Positions 9,739 to 18,314 of a DNA stretch of 31,376 bases are shown here, piece after piece. This DNA comes from a virus. Its lineage: Duplodnaviria; Caudoviricetes. The notes under the pieces are model-generated. The model had not been told where the DNA came from and did no database searches. It was given only the letters and a program-made list of their open reading frames with translations. Position numbers and translations under genes: made by a program. The stretch lies in the IMG/VR virus record IMGVR_UViG_3300033512_000127, positions 1 to 31,376 of that record. One strand, written 5' to 3'. Each line of letters begins with the position of its first letter. Within the stretch, counting starts at the first letter, position 1.

Positions 9739-10686
9739 ATGATAGATTATATTTTTTCAGATGAGGAAAGAAATTCTAAGGGTTATATAATTTTAACACC
9801 TGGAATTGATTTGACAGAATTCAATAACAATCCTGTTGTTCTTAAAAATCACAATATAGATGCGGTTGTTGGAAGAGCTGTTGGAACAAGAATTAATCCT
9901 GAGAATATAGAACAATTAATTGGTTCTATTGAATTTGACGAAGAAAATGAAGATGCTGTTAAAGTAATGAAACAAGTAGAAAAAAACTTGATTAAGCACA
10001 CTTCAATTGGAATTAAACTTATAGAGGGATATGAAACTTTTATAGATGAAAAAGAAACTGTTGTTATAACTAAATGTATTTTAAAAGAGGTTAGCGTTAC
10101 TCCTCTTCCTGCAAATAAAAATGCTGTCAAATTAACATTCGATGGTAAAGATATTTTAAATACAGATGAATTAATAGAATTAAACATAATAAAAAAAGAC
10201 ACAAAGATGACAAATACGTTAAACGAATTGAAATCTCAATTGGCTGACTATGAAATCAAATTAACTGATGTTACTGCAAATAAAGATTTACTTGCAAAAA
10301 CAGTTGAATTGAAAGATGAAGAAATTGAGAAATTGAAAAATTCTGTTATCGAATTGCAATTTGTAGTTGATGAAACAAAACGACTTGAAGCAGAACTTAA
10401 ATTCAATCACTTGTTAGAAGAAGCTATTAAATTGAACAAGATTACAGAAAACCAAAAAGAAAACTTCTTGAAACTGTCTTATGAGCAAGCATCGCTTATC
10501 ATAAATGGTTTAGAAAGTAAAGTTGCACCTGAAATTAAATTAAGTGAACTTGTATCTACAGATAAAAATGAAGATAACAAAACATTTGAATGGTATCAAA
10601 CAAACGATAAAGAAGGATTAAAATTAATGTTTCAAAACGACATTGAAAAATATCATAGACTTTATAAACAATCATTAAAAAAATAA
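9739..10686 (+). CDS. Prohead protease with C-terminal coiled-coil scaffold
   Basis: NPVVLKNHN (His), TSIG (Ser), LKEVSVTPLPANKNA; coiled-coil C-terminal half; upstream of the capsid gene. Confidence 0.9.
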   Translation: MIDYIFSDEERNSKGYIILTPGIDLTEFNNNPVVLKNHNIDAVVGRAVGTRINPENIEQLIGSIEFDEENEDAVKVMKQVEKNLIKHTSIGIKLIEGYETFIDEKETVVITKCILKEVSVTPLPANKNAVKLTFDGKDILNTDELIELNIIKKDTKMTNTLNELKSQLADYEIKLTDVTANKDLLAKTVELKDEEIEKLKNSVIELQFVVDETKRLEAELKFNHLLEEAIKLNKITENQKENFLKLSYEQASLIINGLESKVAPEIKLSELVSTDKNEDNKTFEWYQTNDKEGLKLMFQNDIEKYHRLYKQSLKK

Positions 10687-10704
10687 CAAAAATAATTAAT
10701 TATT

Positions 10705-11640
10705 ATGGCTTTAAATACACAAATTTGGCTTCCTGATTTTCAAAAAAATCTTTATCCAAGCAATACATTTTATGCTGGTACAAAAAATGACTCAGCATAT
10801 GTTACAGGTCGAAGCGTAATTATCCCTAACTATTTGGATGAAGTTACGACTTTCGAGATGACTACTTCTACTGGTACATATCCACGTACTTTGACTGAAT
10901 TGTCTCACACCGAAAAGACTTATTCGATGTTCCAACCTGCCGTTGACCCTATTTTCGTTGACCCAGTTGAAAACGAAGAATTTGCTTACAGAAAAATTGA
11001 CGAGATTGTAATTCAAATGCAAGAAAAACTGATGTCTGATGTTGGTTTTAGAATTGCTTGGGAATGGACTCTTCCTAACACTGTAACCAATTCATTCATT
11101 GAAACTACTGGTGCTACTACAAGAGCTAATCGTTTCGGTACAGCTTCTGTAAAACGTATTTCTTTTCAAGATTTACTGAATTTACAAACTATGTTGAACA
11201 ACCAAAACGTTCCTGCTGAAGGACGTAGATTGTTAGTTGATGCTTATGGTATGCAAGATATTCAAACTTTGGCTTTGAGTTATAACTTGAACTCTTTATC
11301 AGAAAAAGCATTTGCTGAAGGTGCTGTTATGAGAATTGCTGGTTTCGACGTATTTGTACGCTCTGAAATGCCTTCGTTTACAGTTGCTGATGCTAAAAAA
11401 GCTATCGGCGCAGCTAATGCAGTTGGTGATTTATCTTGTGCTATTGCTTACCATCCTGGTTTCGTTCGATATGCAGTTGGTACTCAAGACAATGCTGGTT
11501 TAAAATTGTTCATTGGACAAAACGACCCGACTATTTATGGTTATGCAGTTTCTGCTTATACTCGAGTTGGTGCAGCTCCTTCTTATGCTATCAATACTAA
11601 TACTGTTAAAGGTTTGGTTACTTTGAAAGAAAACGTGTAA
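10705..11640 (+). CDS. Major capsid protein (HK97 fold)
   Basis: Follows the protease; GRSVIIP, LNNQNVPAEGRRLLVD and RIAGFDVF motifs; codon bias typical of high expression; followed by a terminator. Confidence 0.85.
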   Translation: MALNTQIWLPDFQKNLYPSNTFYAGTKNDSAYVTGRSVIIPNYLDEVTTFEMTTSTGTYPRTLTELSHTEKTYSMFQPAVDPIFVDPVENEEFAYRKIDEIVIQMQEKLMSDVGFRIAWEWTLPNTVTNSFIETTGATTRANRFGTASVKRISFQDLLNLQTMLNNQNVPAEGRRLLVDAYGMQDIQTLALSYNLNSLSEKAFAEGAVMRIAGFDVFVRSEMPSFTVADAKKAIGAANAVGDLSCAIAYHPGFVRYAVGTQDNAGLKLFIGQNDPTIYGYAVSAYTRVGAAPSYAINTNTVKGLVTLKENV

Positions 11641-11651
11641 GAATAATATAG

Positions 11652-11681
11652 AGAGGGGGACAGATTAGTTCTCCTCTTATT
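11652..11681 (+). terminator. Terminator hairpin after the capsid gene
   Basis: AGAGGGGGAC-AGATTA-GTTCTCCTCT followed by TATT. Confidence 0.7.
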
Positions 11682-11698
11682 AAAAAATAAACGTTAAT

Positions 11699-11986
11699 AT
11701 GACAAAACAAGAATTAGATAATAAAGCCGAGTTAATATTTGCAAATAAACCAAATGAAACTACTCTATATTGTATAGATAATGGAAATTTTTGGTATGGT
11801 AAAGATAAATATGCTGCAAAAAAATATGCAGACTCACTCGGCAAACAACTAATAACAATTAGCAGAGAAGAAGCTAAGATAGAAACAATCAATGAACCTA
11901 ATGATAAAGAAATCGTAAAGGTAGTTGATGAAGCTATCAAAAACAAACCTTCAAAAAAGAAATATAATTCAAAAAATAAATCATAA
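11699..11986 (+). CDS. Hypothetical protein between capsid and sheath
   Basis: 95-aa ORF with A-rich leader and Lys-rich C-terminus. Confidence 0.7.
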   Translation: MTKQELDNKAELIFANKPNETTLYCIDNGNFWYGKDKYAAKKYADSLGKQLITISREEAKIETINEPNDKEIVKVVDEAIKNKPSKKKYNSKNKS

Positions 11987-11988
11987 CA

Positions 11989-13314
11989 ATGAGAATACCA
12001 AATACGTATTTTACGAAAACCAACGGGAATTTAGCTCCGTTGCCAGTATCTCAAGACCCGATTTCAGGATTGTTGTTTTATAACGATTTGATTCCGCCTC
12101 TTTGGTCTGACAATAGTACTGGAGATTGTAATTGGGCTACAGCAAAGGCTTATGTTATTGGAGATATTGTTTATGAAAGTGTAAATAAAAGATTCTACAT
12201 TTGTTTAGTAAATCATACATCAGGTGTTTTTGCAACTGATTTGACTGCTGCTAAATGGGAATTAAAAGCTGGTGAAAATATCAAACTCGTTAGACGTGTT
12301 TTAGATATTCAAGCATTAGGCATTATAAAAGGAAGTACCGATTTCTCGTTAGAATATTATCAAGCATCTGAATTCTTCAGAGTTAATTCTAATGGATATT
12401 TATATCTATCTATTTATCCTGTACCTACATCACCTTATACTTTCTCTGAACTTTATGACTTCCAAAACGAATTGAATGGAGATTTAAGACAAGTAGCTAT
12501 CCATACAGATATTGCTTTTGATACTGTTGAAGTTCAAGCTTTACAATTAATTGCTACACAATTAGAAGACGAATATATGCCGTTATCAGTTCTTTATAGT
12601 GCTGATTTTACTGGAATTTACGATTTAAACAATTTAGATAGTTTAAGAAATTTACAATCACCTAAAATATCTGTTATTTCAGGTATGGATGGTTCTGCAG
12701 ATGGTTATGCGCTTTATGTATCGACTGGGAAATCAGTTTGTGCTATTGGAGCAACATTAGGAGCAGTATCAAAAGTACTTGTAAATGAAAGTGTTGCAAG
12801 TCCTGAACTGATTAACTTTGCAAGTGCAGAATTAGATTTACCTTTGTTTGGTAATGGACAAAGAATTAAAGATTTATCTGTATCATTAATAGAAGATATT
12901 TATGACAAAGGTTATTTATTCTTCAAGAAATTTAAAGGGGAAGTTGGTACTTATATTATTGACACTTTAACTTGTACTGATGAATTAAATGACTATCTTG
13001 ATATTCAAAGAAATAGAACTATGGATAAAGTATTGAGACAATTGCGTAAAGCATTGTTACCAAAATTGCATTCAAAAGTTCAATTGTCTGATACTGGTAA
13101 AATGAGTCCATTAGCATTAAGCATCTTTAATGATGTTACATCTGCTCCTTTGGCTCAAATGAAAGCCGATACTGAGATATCTAACTACAAGATTTATATA
13201 GACCCAGCTCAAGATGTATTGAGAACAAGTACTTTATATGTACAGATTTCGATATTACCTTATGCTACTGCTCGATGGATAGATACTACAGTAGGTTTTA
13301 CCGCATCTATTTAA
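11989..13314 (+). CDS. Contractile tail sheath (DUF2586-like) with an inserted CBM5/12-like domain
   Basis: D.ISGLLFY, YYQASEFFR.N, KGYLF, IQRNRTMDK and IDPAQDVL..STL motifs; insertion at residues ~49-92. Confidence 0.85.
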   Translation: MRIPNTYFTKTNGNLAPLPVSQDPISGLLFYNDLIPPLWSDNSTGDCNWATAKAYVIGDIVYESVNKRFYICLVNHTSGVFATDLTAAKWELKAGENIKLVRRVLDIQALGIIKGSTDFSLEYYQASEFFRVNSNGYLYLSIYPVPTSPYTFSELYDFQNELNGDLRQVAIHTDIAFDTVEVQALQLIATQLEDEYMPLSVLYSADFTGIYDLNNLDSLRNLQSPKISVISGMDGSADGYALYVSTGKSVCAIGATLGAVSKVLVNESVASPELINFASAELDLPLFGNGQRIKDLSVSLIEDIYDKGYLFFKKFKGEVGTYIIDTLTCTDELNDYLDIQRNRTMDKVLRQLRKALLPKLHSKVQLSDTGKMSPLALSIFNDVTSAPLAQMKADTEISNYKIYIDPAQDVLRTSTLYVQISILPYATARWIDTTVGFTASI

Positions 13315-13336
13315 TAATATAGATTTAATAATTTAT

Positions 13337-13370
13337 AGAGGGATGGGTTTTTAATAATCCATTTCTCTTA
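13337..13370 (+). terminator. Terminator-like hairpin after the sheath gene
   Basis: AGAGGGATGGGTT-TTTAAT-AATCCATTTCTCT stem with G:U pairs; weak U-tract. Confidence 0.6.
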
Positions 13371-13380
13371 ACGTAAAATA
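13371..13380 (+). promoter_or_regulatory. Class B motif ACGTAAAATA
   Basis: Exact 10-mer immediately after the hairpin, 20 nt before ATG 13401. Confidence 0.7.
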
Positions 13381-13400
13381 ATAAAAATAAAAATATAAAA

Positions 13401-13778
13401 ATGGCAACTTATTCGATACAAAGAGGTGAAAGTAAAGTAATTGAAATCGCAATTTATGAAAATGACGTTCCTGTTGATATGTCAGGTGCTACAGATATTA
13501 AAGCTCTGTTATTTATCAAAGGCGTACAAGTGGCTAAATTTTCATTAACAGTCCAAACTGGATATGGCATAATTCAAGTTAAACCAACTCCAGAATCACA
13601 TATACTTCAATTAGAATTGACTCGTGATATAAGTAAAACATTCCCAACTGGATATATTACAGGAGCTGTAGTTATAAAAGAAGATGATTTGATTTTAACT
13701 GATGGTTTAGTTAGAGAATTTAATATGAATGTTGGTCAAGTTCTTGAAGGTTATGCTGCAAATGAAATCTTAGCTTAA
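13401..13778 (+). CDS. Beta-rich virion protein (BppU-N/Ig-like candidate)
   Basis: IQRGESKVIEIAIY..DVPVDMSGA N-terminus resembles BppU-type adaptor domains. Confidence 0.5.
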   Translation: MATYSIQRGESKVIEIAIYENDVPVDMSGATDIKALLFIKGVQVAKFSLTVQTGYGIIQVKPTPESHILQLELTRDISKTFPTGYITGAVVIKEDDLILTDGLVREFNMNVGQVLEGYAANEILA

Positions 13779-13798
13779 TAAAATAAAAATACTAAAAT

Positions 13799-14278
13799 AT
13801 GTACACAATAAACGATATTACTGTAAATGGAGTAAGCTATGATTGGAGAATGCTTAGTTTTTCATTTGTTGATGAAAATAAAAATGTATTCTTAATTCCA
13901 AATGGTGTAACCAGTTTAACTTACAATCAAACCAGAGAATCTCAATGGAACTTTGGAGTTGGTGGACGTGCTATATCTAAAGGATTTGGTAATACAACTG
14001 CAACTGCCACTATGACTATGGCTGCTTATGAATTGCAAAATGTCAAAGAACAAATGACAAGAGCAGCTGAAGATAAAGGCGTGTATGTTCAAAACATCCC
14101 AATGTTTGATATTAAAGTTCAATATAATTTTGATGACGGTTCTACAAAAATTGATACTATCAGACAATGTAGTTTTAATACTGATGGTGGTGGAGCATCG
14201 CAAAACGATATGTTTATCCAAACGGAAATCAATCTTGACCCTTCAAGTATTGAATTTGGACAGGTAACAAAAGCTTAA
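13799..14278 (+). CDS. Tail tube protein
   Basis: VNGVSYDW, FGVGGRAISKGFGN, IPMFDIKVQY and D.I..C.F...G...QND motifs; downstream of the sheath. Confidence 0.85.
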   Translation: MYTINDITVNGVSYDWRMLSFSFVDENKNVFLIPNGVTSLTYNQTRESQWNFGVGGRAISKGFGNTTATATMTMAAYELQNVKEQMTRAAEDKGVYVQNIPMFDIKVQYNFDDGSTKIDTIRQCSFNTDGGGASQNDMFIQTEINLDPSSIEFGQVTKA

Positions 14279-14282
14279 ATTT

Positions 14283-14804
14283 ATGATTAATGACTTAACT
14301 GTTAATGGAGTTAGTTTTAATTGGAAAGATATAGAGGTTCATTTCATCGGAGTTTTAGGACAAAATGTAAATGAACCTCCCTATATTTATTCTCCAATGG
14401 ATGTATCCTCTGTTAATTATAACACAGTTTATAATACTGAATTAAATTATAGTAGAACAGGATTTCCAGTATCTCACAGTTTTGGAAAGTATGAATGTAA
14501 TGCTAATATTACTTTGGCTTATTCTGAATTGGTTTATCTTAGGTCAAGTATGATAGGATATAACATTGGTGTTCAACCGATTGACATAAAGATAGTTTAT
14601 AAGATTGGTGAAATAGAGATAATAGATTCTTTATATGGATGTCGTCCAAGTTTTCCTGATACATTAGGTGGAAATCAAGGCGATATGAATTTAAAAGCGA
14701 CTATTAATTTGAATCCAGTTTGGATTAAATATGATAAGAATAGAATAAATGAGAACATAAATGGGTTTATAGATTTAAATAGACGTATATCTCAAACATT
14801 ATAA
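14283..14804 (+). CDS. Second tail tube-like paralogue
   Basis: Aligns with the preceding gene along its length (INDLTVNGVSFNWK vs INDITVNGVSYDWR; PIDIKIVY vs MFDIKVQY; NQGDM...INLNP vs SQNDM...INLDP). Confidence 0.8.
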   Translation: MINDLTVNGVSFNWKDIEVHFIGVLGQNVNEPPYIYSPMDVSSVNYNTVYNTELNYSRTGFPVSHSFGKYECNANITLAYSELVYLRSSMIGYNIGVQPIDIKIVYKIGEIEIIDSLYGCRPSFPDTLGGNQGDMNLKATINLNPVWIKYDKNRINENINGFIDLNRRISQTL

Positions 14805-14820
14805 AACAAAACAAGAAACA

Positions 14821-15144
14821 ATGAAACAAGAATTAGAAAAACAATTAGAAGAGTTAAAAGCAAAGCATAAAGATGTGTTTGTATTAACTGTTGGTGATGT
14901 AGAAAATAATGATATCTTATATGGATTCTTTAAGAAACCTACATTCAATGAATTTAGACAAATTTATCCTTTGATGACAAAGGGTGACGATTTATTAGCA
15001 GATAAAAGATTATTGGAAACTTGCTGGCTTGGTGGCGATTCAGAAATCTTAGACGTAGATAATAACTTAGATATATTTTTAAGTATAAAAGGTGAACTCG
15101 GAAAACTTATTGAACTGAAATTAGCAAGTTTAAAAAAAAAATAA
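14821..15144 (+). CDS. Tail assembly chaperone (gpG-like)
   Basis: LKAKHKDVF, FFKKP and LLETCWLGGD motifs; ends in the slippery sequence TTTAAAAAAAAAA. Confidence 0.85.
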   Translation: MKQELEKQLEELKAKHKDVFVLTVGDVENNDILYGFFKKPTFNEFRQIYPLMTKGDDLLADKRLLETCWLGGDSEILDVDNNLDIFLSIKGELGKLIELKLASLKKK

Positions 15145-15344
15145 ATCAATATAGAATAATAAAGGAACAGTCATACACACAAGGTGAAACTGTTAAAGAA
15201 GATAAAGATTGGTTCCTCAAAGCAGACTCAATTATAAGATTTAACTTTGGAAATTATAAAAAAATATCAACTACTGACTGGGCAATATTATGGAATCAGG
15301 TGCTTTACATAAAAGCAGAAGACAAAAAAAGAGGAGAACTTTAA
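14821..15344 (+). CDS. Tail assembly chaperone frameshift product (gpGT-like, ~174 aa) via -1 slip at T TTA AAA (15129-15135)
   Basis: The -1 frame stays open for 67 codons (INQYRIIKEQ...DWFLKADSIIRFNF...TTDWAILWNQVLYIKAEDKKRGEL*), has no ATG of its own, and ends inside a terminator. Confidence 0.85.
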
Positions 15345-15360
15345 TAGGTTCTCCTCTTTT
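15327..15360. terminator. Bidirectional terminator between the convergent tail operon and minus-strand block
   Basis: Perfect 13-bp inverted repeat AAAAGAGGAGAAC / GTTCTCCTCTTTT with A- and T-tracts on the two sides. Confidence 0.9.
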
Positions 15361-15365
15361 ATCTT

Positions 15366-15806
15366 TTAATCGTGTGTACAGTAAATTGTTGCCAAATCCG
15401 TAAACCAATATCGTTGTCCATTTTTTTGTAACATTAGATGTGTTTTTGGGGCAGCTTTATCAATTCCAATTGTTGTTATTTCCCATCTAATTGCTTGGTC
15501 TTTTACTTTGAAATAATAATTATACTTTAAATTTCCATTTTTATTTAATTCAATAATAAAAGTTTTAGATTTGTTTGTTTCGTTTATATTTGTTATCAAA
15601 CTATCATTTTTAAAAGTCAATTGTCTAATATTCTTTTTATATACACTATCATTTTCTTGAATGATTTTGTGTAATACTTCAACTCTAAACTTTTCGAGTT
15701 TCAATTGTTCTTCAACTGTTCTTCCTTTATCGGAATAAATAATCGAACTGATTGCCATTGTTATGGTCAATGCTCCAGTTAAAATCCACGGCGATAATTT
15801 TCTCAT
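15366..15806 (-). CDS. Membrane-anchored coiled-coil protein (spanin-like candidate)
   Basis: N-terminal TM segment followed by a coiled coil; ATGA overlap with the upstream ORF. Confidence 0.55.
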   Translation of the reverse strand: MRKLSPWILTGALTITMAISSIIYSDKGRTVEEQLKLEKFRVEVLHKIIQENDSVYKKNIRQLTFKNDSLITNINETNKSKTFIIELNKNGNLKYNYYFKVKDQAIRWEITTIGIDKAAPKTHLMLQKNGQRYWFTDLATIYCTHD

Positions 15807-15985
15807 TTTAGTTTATTTAGTTTAGCATTAATACTTTCAAGATAAAAAAGTATCGTGTTTATTCTTTTTGGAATAACAAATACTACTATAATCGGCATTA
15901 ACACCACTGCAATTATTAATATTGCTAAAAAAATCATTGAGAACACTGCTCCAAATGCAGTCAAATACTGTAAAATTTCAATCAT
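15803..15985 (-). CDS. Small membrane protein
   Basis: Long hydrophobic stretch; ATGA coupling to the next gene. Confidence 0.65.
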   Translation of the reverse strand: MIEILQYLTAFGAVFSMIFLAILIIAVVLMPIIVVFVIPKRINTILFYLESINAKLNKLK

Positions 15986-15996
15986 AATTTATTTTT

Positions 15997-16233
15997 TTAA
16001 ATGTTAATAACTGTTAATTCAAAATACTCTTCTTCTGATAAATCCTTTGTATTAAAATCTTCTGTTATGTACGCTAAAATATGTCTTGGACCAGTTTCTT
16101 TTTCTCTTGACTCCAACATTGTATAATGCTGTTTCAAATACTTTGTACTCGTAAACTTGTCAACTTGATGATTTATTATATTTTCATCCGTAGTAAACTT
16201 TGAAAGCAAGGTTCTAATTTTATTTTTATACAT
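15997..16233 (-). CDS. Hypothetical protein
   Basis: 78-aa ORF downstream of a Bacteroidota-type promoter. Confidence 0.65.
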   Translation of the reverse strand: MYKNKIRTLLSKFTTDENIINHQVDKFTSTKYLKQHYTMLESREKETGPRHILAYITEDFNTKDLSEEEYFELTVINI

Positions 16234-16254
16234 ATTTTTCTAATTAAATGTATG

Positions 16255-16285
16255 CAAATATACTAACTATTTGAGAAACAGCAAA
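16255..16285 (-). promoter_or_regulatory. Bacteroidota housekeeping promoter TTTG-N19-TATATTTG
   Basis: Minus strand TTTG (16285-16282), 19-nt spacer, TATATTTG (16262-16255); matches the -33/-7 consensus. Confidence 0.75.
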
Positions 16286-16309
16286 ATATATTTAAATGTT
16301 AACCTGTTG

Positions 16310-16633
16310 TTATTTATACCTGAAAAATGGGGAATCAGATATGTTGGGAATCCTTTGTCTTAAAGTTCTTGCTCCAAAGAAGTCCTGCAAAATTAATATC
16401 ATTTCTCGTCTTTTAGCCTCAACTTTTGTATTATAGCAATACAGCTCTTTTAACACAATATCTTGGTTAGGACAATGTTCGCGCCAGTACTTGTATAAAT
16501 CTTTCTTAAAATCAGTATTTAGTGCGTTATTGTGGCTTTGGGTACGATTCTCTATTGATTCAGTTCTACCAATATAAACTAATATAGAACCGTGATAAAT
16601 ACCGTAAACGTAAAATAGTTGTTTAATCTTCAT
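16310..16633 (-). CDS. Minimal GIY-YIG nuclease
   Basis: YVYGIY...VYIGRT...RTQSH...AKRREMILI. Confidence 0.8.
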   Translation of the reverse strand: MKIKQLFYVYGIYHGSILVYIGRTESIENRTQSHNNALNTDFKKDLYKYWREHCPNQDIVLKELYCYNTKVEAKRREMILILQDFFGARTLRQRIPNISDSPFFRYK

Positions 16634-16786
16634 AGTTGTCCAATTAAAATTTTATATGCAAATGTCAGGCAGTTGAGTAATAAATAAATCGTTGTAAATT
16701 GCTGAAATATAGTTAGTTATAGAGATTTTAGACTGTCTCAAAATAAAGTTAAACTGTAAAAGCATAACTGATTGATTATTAATTAG

Positions 16787-16864
16787 TTAATCCTCTTTGA
16801 ATATTTTAAACAATCCGTATAAAATAATACAAGCATATAAAAATCCAACAACATAAAGTAACAT
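16787..16864 (-). CDS. 25-aa single-TM microprotein (MLLYVVGFLYACIILYGLFKIFKED), not in the ORF track
   Basis: ATG 1 nt after the upstream TGA; hydrophobic helix with a charged tail. Confidence 0.5.
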   Translation of the reverse strand: MLLYVVGFLYACIILYGLFKIFKED

Positions 16865-16865
16865 T

Positions 16866-17120
16866 TCAAGATACTTTATCCAAATCAGTCTTTTTAAAAT
16901 TCCAAAAAGATTCAAGTTTATTAATGACAAAGTCCCAGAACTTTGTCTGAGATACTTGTCGTGTTTCTTTATCAGTTCTGATTGTTATCTTATCTTTATC
17001 AAACTCAATTAGAGTTCCATCGTCAGTTGCTATTAAGTGCGGCTCAGTATTTAGATTCATTTCTAATGCTATTTTTAAATGTTGTATATCTTTATGATGT
17101 TTCATACATAGATATTCCAT
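16866..17120 (-). CDS. Hypothetical protein
   Basis: Tightly packed in the minus-strand operon. Confidence 0.65.
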   Translation of the reverse strand: MEYLCMKHHKDIQHLKIALEMNLNTEPHLIATDDGTLIEFDKDKITIRTDKETRQVSQTKFWDFVINKLESFWNFKKTDLDKVS

Positions 17121-17126
17121 AGATAT

Positions 17127-17279
17127 TTAGATTATAATAGATTCTTTTATTTTTTCAATATCTTGTCTTGTGAATCCTTTCAATGATAAATATTTTCCAT
17201 ATACTTTAATTGCTTTAATATCTTTATTTGCGTGGGCTTCAATATACAACATAATTATCGTGTTTGTAGTTTCTTTCAT
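17127..17279 (-). CDS. 50-aa hypothetical protein (MKETTNTIIMLYIEAH...KESIII), not in the ORF track
   Basis: Fills the gap between neighbours with 5-6 nt spacers. Confidence 0.6.
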   Translation of the reverse strand: MKETTNTIIMLYIEAHANKDIKAIKVYGKYLSLKGFTRQDIEKIKESIII

Positions 17280-17284
17280 TATCT

Positions 17285-17590
17285 TTATTTTTTTATATCA
17301 TTGCATTTACAATTTAAATGGTCTTCATCTAAATCCTCTTTTGTTAATTCTAAATTTGCATAACATTCAATCTCTTCATTATTTTTATAAAATCTATTTT
17401 CTTCATAATTCCAATGTCTAATATCATAGAAGTGCAATTGAATAGATAATCTGAATAACGATAGTTCTAATTCAAATCCAGGATGGTCTTGTTTAGTATT
17501 TGAGCGTATTGATAATTCAAATAATTCTCCGAAGTTTATAACTTCAAATTCTATTACTTTTTTTCCTATTGTAAAATGTTTACTTGCCAT
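17285..17590 (-). CDS. Hypothetical phage protein
   Basis: DHPGF...FYDIRHWNYEENRF; A-rich leader. Confidence 0.7.
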   Translation of the reverse strand: MASKHFTIGKKVIEFEVINFGELFELSIRSNTKQDHPGFELELSLFRLSIQLHFYDIRHWNYEENRFYKNNEEIECYANLELTKEDLDEDHLNCKCNDIKK

Positions 17591-17652
17591 TTTGTTTAAT
17601 TTTTTATGTTATGTTATTTAATTATATATTTCGAGAATTTTACTTTTTATTT

Positions 17653-18264
17653 TTATCTCAATATACTTAAATTAGCAAATCGACTAACAAATCTTAAATG
17701 AGTATTATTGTTATGAAATTTAATAAAATCTTTTGTTATTTTATCGGATTCAAATAGAGTTAATGTTGAGTTATCTTTTGTAGGATTTGTATTCTTATAT
17801 AAGGCATCAATATCTCTATCTTTTAGCCATTCATCTATTAAATCTTTAAATTTTAAATCATAGTGGTCAATATGAGTATTGTGTTTATATAATACTTCAT
17901 TTGTAAATGGACAAATACTTTTTCCGAATATTACATTTCTATTTCTAAAATCATCTATTAAATCTATAATAGAATTTCGACAAGCTGTGTATATCACTTG
18001 TATTTTAGATGGATTTGTAATTGATTTTAAATAAGAAATATCTGTTGAAGTTCCATCCAATCTATAAATATAGAAACATCTTGTTCCGAAATCAGCTTTC
18101 TTAACTGTGATATAATTTATACCGATACCTTGCTTAATATCCCAGTCTTGATGCTGTTCGAATATTTTAAGTAAAAATTTTAAATCATCGGATTCTATTT
18201 TAGAATCTATTTTGTAAGAATATAAAATATCTTTACATAACTCTTTTGCTTTTTGCTTTGTCAT
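17653..18264 (-). CDS. DUF3223 (DCL-like) domain fused to an HNH-like C-terminal domain
   Basis: H.....K.G.GI..I.V.....GTRCFYI.R.DG...DISY.K.I; then CPFT...HIDH...H.....LR.VS..AN. Confidence 0.75.
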   Translation of the reverse strand: MTKQKAKELCKDILYSYKIDSKIESDDLKFLLKIFEQHQDWDIKQGIGINYITVKKADFGTRCFYIYRLDGTSTDISYLKSITNPSKIQVIYTACRNSIIDLIDDFRNRNVIFGKSICPFTNEVLYKHNTHIDHYDLKFKDLIDEWLKDRDIDALYKNTNPTKDNSTLTLFESDKITKDFIKFHNNNTHLRFVSRFANLSILR

Positions 18265-18277
18265 TTTTTTATTTATT

Positions 18278-18314
18278 TAAGTGATTGATTTACTGTGTGT
18301 ATAACTAATTGATT
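18278..18314 (-). promoter_or_regulatory. Two IHF-consensus sites (WATCAANNNNTTR)
   Basis: AATCAATCACTTA (18290-18278) and AATCAATTAGTTA (18314-18302); a third, AATCAATCAGTTA, at 16777-16765. Confidence 0.5.

Noticed and set aside
16608-16617. Extra ACGTAAAATA copy (and ACGTAAAAT at 25062)
   Set aside because: Both lie within coding sequence, the first antisense to a GIY-YIG gene. They may be chance or internal promoters, so they were not counted as support
16652-16765. 37-codon minus-strand ORF (MLLQFNF...)
   Set aside because: It lies in an apparent regulatory gap next to an IHF-like site, with no supporting features
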